In this document: positions 33,669-41,425 of the stretch, in pieces
How positions within the stretch are numbered: the stretch's first letter is position 1
Layout of the letters: every line of letters starts with the position of its first letter
Source of the DNA: Octopus sinensis
Taxonomy: Eukaryota
Direction of reading: 5' to 3'
Length of the DNA: 41,425 nucleotides
NCBI RefSeq assembly: GCF_006345805.1
Contig: NW_021835442.1
Span: 1 to 41,425, forward strand
Notes under the pieces: generated by a model
The model's input: only the letters and a program-made list of their open reading frames with translations
Told to the model about the DNA's origin: nothing
Databases searched by the model: none
Program-made: the position numbers and the translations under genes

Positions 33669-33858
33669 TATATAGATGGCATTATTACACATAAATGCCA
33701 CATGCTAGGAGGGACTCTTAAAGTCAAAACTACAAAAATAAATAAACGTATCGTACCGAAACCAACTCTCGAAGCAAGTCATTTAAAAACAGTATTCAGC
33801 TGCATATCACACTGTGATTTCGTAATCAGTGCAGTGGTATGCACTTTTCACTCCTCAG
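33669..33858. repeat. Third, truncated copy of the hammerhead-bearing foldback arm
   Basis: About 7 substitutions versus the left arm (~31040-31217). It ends at CTCCTCAG, where Tx1 sequence begins. Confidence 0.9.
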
Positions 33859-36090
33859 GGTCTTGATGGTCTAGCCTATGAATTTAATAAGAGTATTCCA
33901 GACTTCTTCAGGCACCTGCTGGCCAGCGTTTACGCCAATTGGCAGCAGAATGGAAGAATTCCCAAGTCTGCAAGCCAATGGGTGGTGACGCTGATGAGAA
34001 AGGACCCGAGCAAGGGGGATGAGATTAGTAACTTCTGGACCAAAACTCTGCTAAACACAGAGTTAAAGATTTTGGCCAAGGCATTAGCAAAAAGGTTGGC
34101 GCGGGTTATGGACAGACTTGTAGGGAGGGCGCAAACTTGTGCCATCTCGGGCAGGTCAATCCGCAACTATCTCCATCTTCTACGCTACACCTTAGAGAGG
34201 GTAAGGAACATTTTTGGCACAGGAGGGGCACTGGTACATTTAGACCAATCTAAAATGTTTGATAGGGTCAACCATCAGTACTTGGCGGCAGTCCTCAAAA
34301 AGGCTGGCCTAGGCCCGACCATCCGTGGTTGGATTGCTGCTTTGTACAGTGACATCGAGTCTGCAGTCAAAGTAAATAGATTCTTCTCGAAACCATTCAG
34401 GATCGAATGCTCAGTTTGTCCGGGGTGTTCCCTGTCTCCGCTTTTGTATGTACTGGCTCTTGAGCAATTGCTGCAGAAGTTGGAAGCACTAGGAGGTGCA
34501 CCAAATGATCTCTGGTGCAGAGGTGGAGCTACGGCATATGTGGATGATATCTCCATCATTGTGGTGTATGAGAGCCAGCTTCCAGTGGTGGAAGAGGCCA
34601 TCAAAAGTTATGAAGTGATGGCAGGAACAAAGGTTAACAAGGACAAGTCGGTCGGTTTGCAACTTGGCACTTGGAGAGGCAAGCTGATGACGTCCAATAA
34701 CGTTAGAGGGTGTTGGATGGAAGGTCCTGTTAAGCTGCTTGGGTCTGGTTTGAACCAAACCGCCAGATAGAGAAAAATTCGAGTGAGGTAGCCAGTAAAG
34801 TGACTGCTATAACCCAGACCTCATCTGGGCAGGCGTTATCCTTGCTAGGGAAGGCAGAGGTAGTGCAGATGTTTATAGCATCTGTTATCACCTACCGTCT
34901 GACCATGGTGCCTTGCTCTGATTTGTGGCTGAACAAGCTGGAGAGAATTCTTTTCCACTTTCTGTGGAAAGGAGAAAAGCCTCTTGTGAAGCACTGTCTG
35001 TTGCCAGAAGCCACTAAAGGGTGGGCTAGGGATACCTTGGCTGAGGATGCGAAAATTTGCGTTAAGGCTGAGGCACCTCTGGCTTTACCTGGATGGAGAA
35101 CAGGTGTGGTCACTGCATGTCTGGTTCTACCTTCCGAGGTTAACGTCCTTAACGGACATTGGTACATGGATCAAGCAGAGACCTAGGCTGGAGGATTGGT
35201 AACTGGAGTGCCGACAAGCACTTTAGCTACTCTCTCGGGTGGGCAATGCCGGCAACAGAAGTTCCACCGTGGATTTTTATAGCAAGTTAGTGGGATTCAT
35301 GTCTGAAGACATCTTGGGGAAGACCCTGGGCTATGATGAAAATCAGTAGATCAACCTGTTCAGGAGGATAATTACCAGAAATCCCTAGCTTGGCAGTGCT
35401 TCTGTGTAGTGTTACCAGTTTGTGATAAGCAGTCAAGGCATGGAAGTGTTGTCTTGCCGTCATGTCCGAGGTGTGGGCAGGACAGAGAAACCATCTTGCA
35501 CGCATTCGTGGGATGTCCGGAATTATCGGGATTGATAGTTTTCAAAGAACAACTGTTGTCATCGATGGGAAGAGTACAACTATCAGCTGAGTCCATCATC
35601 GAGATTGTGCCGCCTTCTTCCCTTAGCGGGGAAAGGAAGGCCTGTTTTTACTGTGTGGTAGCCAATTTAAAAGAAACAGTATGGAAGACACATGTGAATG
35701 GGATTGTGACGGGTACCTTTGTATCTGGCCAGGGGTTGGTCAACTTTTTTAGTTACCACCTCAGCAGCAAGGTCAGGCTGGAGAAGCAGTACCTGTCATG
35801 TGAAAAATTTAAGAAGAGATGGAAGCCTGTGGTAAGAAAGCTGGGAGTGATTGGCACCAAGTAAGTGGAGCCCTAGAAGAAAAGCAAAGGCCCTACTCTG
35901 ATGTCAGACGCCTTCCCTTCGGTGTCACATTGCATAACGCAATGTATTTTATTTTATTTATAATCTTTCACTTTTTTCATTTTTTTAATCGATTCATAAC
36001 AATGCTTTAAGCAACTTCACCATTCTATGTTTGTCTGTCCTTGTTTGTCCCCTCTGTATTATGCCTACATGGCAAATTTATTGAAATAAA
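33859..36090 (+). mobile_element. 5'-truncated L1/Tx1-type LINE, decayed
   Basis: GLDGL.YEF, LLNTELKILAK..A.RL, LDQSKMFDRVNH, GCSLSPLLYVLALE, AYVDDIS, C-terminal CPRC..RETILHAFVGC; T-rich 3' UTR and AATAAA at 36085-36090. Confidence 0.87.
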
Positions 36091-36466
36091 GTAGCTTGCT
36101 TACCAACCACATGGTTCTGGGTTCATTCCCACTGTGTCACACTATGGGCAAGTGTCTTCTACTATAGCCTTGGGCCGACCAAAGCCTTGTGAATTTGATT
36201 TGGTAGATGGAAACTGAAAGAAGCCCGTCGTATATATGTATATATATATGTATGTGCGTGTATATGTTTGTTCCCCCAACATCGCTTGACAACCGATGCT
36301 GGTGTGTTTACGCCCCCGTAACTTAGCAGTTTGGCAAAAGAGACCGATAGAGTAAGCACTAGGCTTACAAAGAATAAGTCCTGGGGTCAATTTGCTCGAC
36401 TAAAGGCAGTGCTCCAGCATGGCCACAGTCAGATGACTGAAACAAGTAAAAGAGTAAAAGAGAGTA
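36089..36466 (+). mobile_element. tRNA-type SINE, slightly 5'-truncated, with CR1-group LINE-type 3' tail
   Basis: B-box-like GGTTCATTCCC. The 3' end GGCAGTGCTCCAGCATGGCCACAGTCAGATGACTGAAACAAGTAAAAGAGTAAAAGAG parallels the LINE D tail. Confidence 0.85.
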
Positions 36467-36724
36467 TTCTTAGTGGTTAAGTAAAGTAGTAAAACCTCTT
36501 TGATGAAGTGTAAGCAAATGTTGAAGTTGGTCAAATATCTTTTCTGATAACAAAGATAAAAGCAAGAAGCTTAAACTTATGAACTCTGTTTCACATTATA
36601 GTTTAAAGTATGTGTCAACTAAGAACACATGCTTGTAAGTTTACCTTATAGCTTTTTATATATTATGTAAATATACTTACGACCATTTATGATGGGATCA
36701 GATTTTAAAAGGATTAATACTTAC

Positions 36725-36742
36725 CAAGTCTCTGACTAAAAT
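36725..36742 (-). other. Candidate 18-nt microexon of an unidentified host gene
   Basis: Minus strand: ACTAAC branch point, pyrimidine tract, CAG | ATTTTAGTCAGAGACTTG | GTAAGTA. Confidence 0.35.
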
Positions 36743-37336
36743 CTGCGAGAATCAAAAGAAGTAAATACTGTTAGTTAAAACATTAAATCCATGCAATCAT
36801 TTTCAGAGAGTAAGAAGCAGAAGGTGCCAAAATGTAGGCTAATCCTTTAATCGAGGGAGTACCCTGTCTAATATGTACTTGGTTAATATGGAGAGGTAGG
36901 CCTAAAACCAGTATAGGTGCTGAAGTTTCATCAAACAATGCATCAAAAATTGCTGAGTGAGATATAAAACTAAATAATGAAAGCCTTTTGATAAGGCTAC
37001 CTGATTGCAAAACACTCTGAGAAATGTTACATATGGCTGTTTTACAAACGGACTTCTCAAACAACTTTCTGAAAATATATAATTAGGTTGACATGTATTG
37101 CATTGTGACTAACAGACCACTTTGAAAACGATAAATTTTTGTTTATGTTAAAATTAATTTTATTTACATAAAGATTGAATCCCAATTTGTATGAGATATA
37201 CATAGATTAGCAGGCATACATTACTCCTAATAAACTTCCTTTACCATCATTCATTCCTACCATTTATCCATGTCTACCACTATCAATTACTTTCTCACAC
37301 TTTCTACCGAACTCTCTTTCTGCCATCACACATTGC

Positions 37337-37370
<34 letters not shown>

Positions 37371-37479
37371 ACTCATCTTGGTTCTTCTTCTACCATTGCT
37401 GTCACTTCCATTCATCTTCTCAGCCATGTAGTGTTCAGTAAATGAATACTTTCTAGAGTAGTTGATGAATGGACAGAGA

Positions 37480-37740
37480 TATGGAGTTGAGAGGACTCTT
37501 TACCCTTCTTCTGGTTGTAACTATCTCTGTAGCTGTGGTGCCAGGATAAAATGCTTCCCGTACTCACTGAAAAGTAGTTGCTGTTAGGAAGGATGTTCAA
37601 CTGTGGAAACCAAACCAAAAATAGAGCATATAAGCAAGATGTGGTCCTTCACCTCTCTCAATAAGTAGTATCTTGAAATAAGAGTTAATGTGGACAGCGA
37701 TCAGTTCAACCTATGCTAGCATGGAAAGTGAACATAAAAT
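37480..37740 (+). mobile_element. Old degenerate SINE/RTE-tail repeat, related to 40688-40915
   Basis: GTTGCTGTTAGGAAGGATGTTCAACTGT and CCTATGCTAGCATGGAAAGTGAACATAAA resemble the reverse complement of motifs in 40688-40915. Confidence 0.5.
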
Positions 37741-39315
37741 TTTGTCTGTGTGTGCATGGGTGGCGATTTTACTCAATATACAGTGACATACATTATTTTC
37801 TCTCTCTTTTACCCTCATATATCTTTATTACTAGCTTTCAGTCCACTCTCTCTCTTTTTCTCTCATTTACTCACACCTACATTACTCTTCTATAACATCA
37901 AGTGTTTTTACACTTCCATTTCTCTTTCTGTATCACTTTGTTTCCTCACTCACTTCCACTTGCCCATCACATCACTTATGCTGCTTTTCCATTTTACCTC
38001 TTTACCAACAACCTCTATGTACTGCATCTACCAGCATATAACATGCACTCTCGCATAAGACACACCCCTACTTTACAAGTATATTTTCATAAAAAACAAA
38101 CAAATTCTGTATGTTTCATCATACGCTTTCAGAAAGATATTTTAAAGTGGTTTTGTTTGGGGAAAACTGTATGATTCTGTGCTTATGAATACAATGCTGT
38201 GACAGTTTACTAGACTATGGTATGAAACCATAAGTTTATCATATATGAACTACGCTATATGAATACCATATTTGCACTCCACCTTCTTTCGTATCAACTG
38301 TGTAGTTGTTTTCATTTTGGTCAAGAGAACTGCCGTACAGAATTACCAGACATATGAAACTTGTATTTTAGGTTATGGTGATTTTTGTTACCATGATTGG
38401 TGACCACTATAGATTTGTTTCCATCCACTCACTGTAAATAGCTGACCAGTGGAACAAAGGTTAATATTCCTTTCAACTTTCTTCGAGAAGTTTCATTTAG
38501 ATAATAAAAAAAATGTTCCTTAAATATAACACAGTTTTTAAATTATGTAAGACACATGTCAGGTGTGGGTTATGTATTCTTGGGAAAGAGGTATAATGAG
38601 ATGGTGAGACCTCCTGTCAGCAATTATTCGTAACTTTGTGCTAACACACTATGATAATTTGGCTTGTTTCCAATATTATATTATTGGCAACAATTATTGT
38701 GCTTACTGAATTTATGCTTATCCAGTTCCCCACACTACAACACTTGGTCTTCCATCTGTAATATGGCCATATAAGATGCAGGGCATCTTTTGATATGTTT
38801 AAAATAAAACAAAAGATCTTATATGCTGGAAAATATGGTAACTCAAAATAAGAACTGATTTAGGCCATGATGGCCTGTCCAACATAAGCCAGCATAGTAA
38901 GCAATGCAAAATGATCATGATGACTGAAGCCATTCCCTCTCCTTGTCAGGCTTTAGACTTCAGGGTTGCCACTATTTAAAGTCAGTACAATAACAGGTAG
39001 GTGTAGTGAGATTGGGGATGCTGAATACTAACAAGCAGATGTAGGCTGGAATTCAAAAATCAAGATGGACAGAATTCTTAGTCAGATACCTCATAAATAA
39101 TGAGCAAAAGTTTAGATTTTTCTGAGTGACTGAAATTGGAAAACATTTAACATAGATACGGATAGATAAGATAACTGAGGTGATCAGAGAGTACGATAAA
39201 ATAAGTAAAGTTAAATTAATTATATACAAAACAATAATAATAATACCTCACTCAGGACTGACAGATAAACAGGGTACATTTTAGAAGACTCTCCAACAGA
39301 CTACTAAGAAATGCC

Positions 39316-39645
39316 GAGGACCAGATTCTGACAGATGGTAATATTAATGGTAATGCTGAGCAAAGCTACTGTGGACCAAATTATCATAGCTGATAATTTT
39401 AGTGAACATGTTGGGCAATACAGCTGAGGAGCAGATTATTGCAACTGGTGATTTTAATGGAGAAGTGGGGTAATAATGCTGAAGACAAGAGTTTCACAGT
39501 TGGTGATTTTAATGGACATGTTGGCCAATACTGATGAGAACTAGATTTTCACTGCTGGTTATTTTCATGGACATATTGTACAATAAGGCTGAGGACCAGA
39601 TTATCACTGCTGGTGACTTAAATGGAAATGTTGGGCAATACTGCT
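39316..39645 (+). repeat. Six degenerate 55-bp tandem units derived from an RTE endonuclease motif
   Basis: Units start at 39316, 39371, 39426, 39481, 39536 and 39591. The consensus translates EDQIITAGDFNGHVGQY. WFGHVMRMNE follows at about 39672-39701. Confidence 0.8.
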
Positions 39646-39959
39646 GAGGGAGAGATGAAAGAAGTGTATATTGGTTTGGACATGTGATGCGTATGAATGA
39701 AAACAGCTGATCACCGAGAGTGGATGGTACCCGTGAAATGAAGTGATATCTTGAGGGTATTCCACTTTGCCATCACTAGACTCACCCTGGCTCTTCTCAA
39801 CCATCCCATTTATATTCTGGTCCCTGTTCCTTGTGAGTCTTCCCTGGCACTTCACCACCATCTCTTTCCTGCTCTTTTCTACTCTCCCACTTTCTCTTGC
39901 TCTCTTCCACTCTCTCTTCCTCTTGCATTGTCCCTTGGAGTGGTTAACCATGTATCTCC

Positions 39960-40400
39960 TCTACAGCAAGACAGCTATTGCTGTCTCTCTGTCACAATCA
40001 AACCTTTCACCATCTGACACAAGATCATCTCCTCCAATGCCACCTCCCCTCTCAAAGGATCTCCACTTGTTCCAAGCTAGAGCATCTGTTTCCCAATCAC
40101 TTTTGTTCATATCTAGTTTCTTCAGGTTATCCATGACATAGTCTTTATACCGTTTCCACGGCTTATGTTGTGGTCACTTACCAGATTGAGTTCACCATAA
40201 AAAAGATGCTTTGGCAATTGCTCATCTTTCTTTCTAATAACATGTGAAATCCATCTCGTTTGAGCTAAGATAACATCGTGTTCAATTGAGCTACAACATT
40301 CATACATCTGGTATCTGGTATGAAACATTCTCACTTGACTCCCAAGATATGTTTGAGGCTCTTTTGATGAAATCTCTCAGAAATTTTCACATGTTACTTG
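39960..40400 (-). mobile_element. Decayed 3' fragment of RTE(BovB-like) LINE
   Basis: AQTRWISHVIR..LPKHLFYGEL, then in an adjacent frame KRYKD..NLKK..WETDA..KWR. Confidence 0.75.
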
Positions 40401-40687
40401 TATATATACATATATACACAGAATAGGAAGGGTTCAGACCACAGATGATCTAAACTAATTGGTAAGCTATATGAGTGTTCCAGCTGATAAGATACTAGGA
40501 TCCAAATTCACAACAGGTGCAGGAGTTGGTGGTCTGTAGCCTACTTCCAAGTCAGAGGGTATAAATTAAAGGAAGAGGAAAACGTAATTAAGGCAGGACA
40601 AGCTTATAAGATCATTTAAATTATTTTAATTATTATAAGCATGAATTGAAGTAAGCAAGAGTAAATAATAATATCATAGATATGTGT

Positions 40688-40915
40688 ATCATCATCATCA
40701 TCGATTAATGTCCATTTTCCATACTGGCATGGGTTGGATGGTTTCACTGAGGTCTGGAGAGCCAGTGGCTGCTCCAGGCTCCAATCTGTTCTTTCTACAG
40801 CTGGATGCCCTTCCTAATGCCAACTACTCTGAGAGTGTAGTGGGTGTTTTTTACATGCCCACTGGCACAGGAGCCAGTCATTTTATGTGCCGCCAGCATG
40901 AGACCCGGTCTGGAT
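40688..40915 (-). mobile_element. RTE-type 3' end or SINE with (GAT)n tail
   Basis: (ATC)n on +, then TTAATGTCCATTTTCCATACTGGCATGGGTTGG..GGATGCCCTTCCTAATGCCAAC. The family assignment is from recall only. Confidence 0.55.
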
Positions 40916-41102
40916 ATACATATATATATTTATAGTTGAGGTGTGTTCTGTTAAGAATGTATAAGATCTATATGTATCTCATCAGGTGATACTCAGTTGC
41001 GATACTCAGTTGCTGTCTCCGTATATACGAGGAAACATTTGCAGTGATTAAAAAGCTGCCTAATTGTACTTACTCTTCCTTTTAATTCTTTTACCTTTTA
41101 TA

Positions 41103-41425
41103 TTTTTTTTGTAGTTTCAGCTCAGAGCTGTGGCCATGATGGAGTACTGAGCCTCCTCTAATATGTAGCACTTGGTGAAGAATGGAGTTTAATGTAGCTA
41201 CCCTCATTTGCACCTCTTACTGTGAGGTAGTTCGTCTGGGACTCTCAACAGGAAGAGGTCCAACCTTGATTTAAAAACACCTACATCTACTTTGTGCAGG
41301 TTCCTCAGGCTCGTTGGGAGAATATTAAAAAGCTGTGGGCCCCTGAAACCCAGGCTGTTGCAGTAACTGTTCCTGGAGCGTGATGACATTGCTGGGATCT
41401 TTGGCACTATGCAGTGTCGACCCAT
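41103..41425 (-). mobile_element. 3' end of a further CR1-group LINE family, running off the window
   Basis: [37 protein letters not shown]; tail CATGGCCACAGCTCTGAGCTGAAACTAC + A-run. Confidence 0.85.

Noticed and set aside
36089-36170. tRNA gene
   Set aside because: Only a B-box-like motif is present, no cloverleaf, and it continues into a SINE body and tail.
36783-37064. 93-aa ORF as a confident host exon
   Set aside because: No recognisable domain and no clear donor in frame; an ORF of this length can occur by chance. Kept only as context for the microexon.
39531-39545. CTGATGA as a hammerhead core
   Set aside because: No stem II or GAAA follows; it is part of the 55-bp array.
39316-39645. 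Regular 55-bp periodicity as a CRISPR array (also the 66-bp units at 25729-25920)
   Set aside because: No invariant repeat with unique spacers, no cas genes, eukaryotic context.

Overview
AT-rich eukaryotic DNA made almost entirely of nested retroelements embedded in long interrupted (TA)n arrays. No intact host gene is recognisable. The repeat repertoire resembles a mollusc, probably a cephalopod/octopus (inference, not verified). Contents: (1) Two near-full-length, diverged CR1-group APE-RT LINEs arranged tail-to-tail (13881-19383 +, 20966-26387 -), plus several fragments of the same group. Their ORF1 carries a Myb/SANT(trihelix)-like domain and a CCCH zinc finger. (2) Two Penelope-like elements (RT + GIY-YIG): one with tandem pseudo-LTRs, one fused in frame to a LINE fragment. 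(3) An L1/Tx1-type LINE, RTE remnants, a tRNA-type SINE sharing its 3' tail with one LINE family, and a Helitron-like element. The most notable hidden signal is seven hammerhead-ribozyme motifs from four unrelated repeat families. These include a 352-bp retrozyme-like partial tandem and a 911-bp foldback whose two 360-bp arms each carry a hammerhead with a fully canonical core. All alignments, folds and counts were made by eye; no database searches were run.
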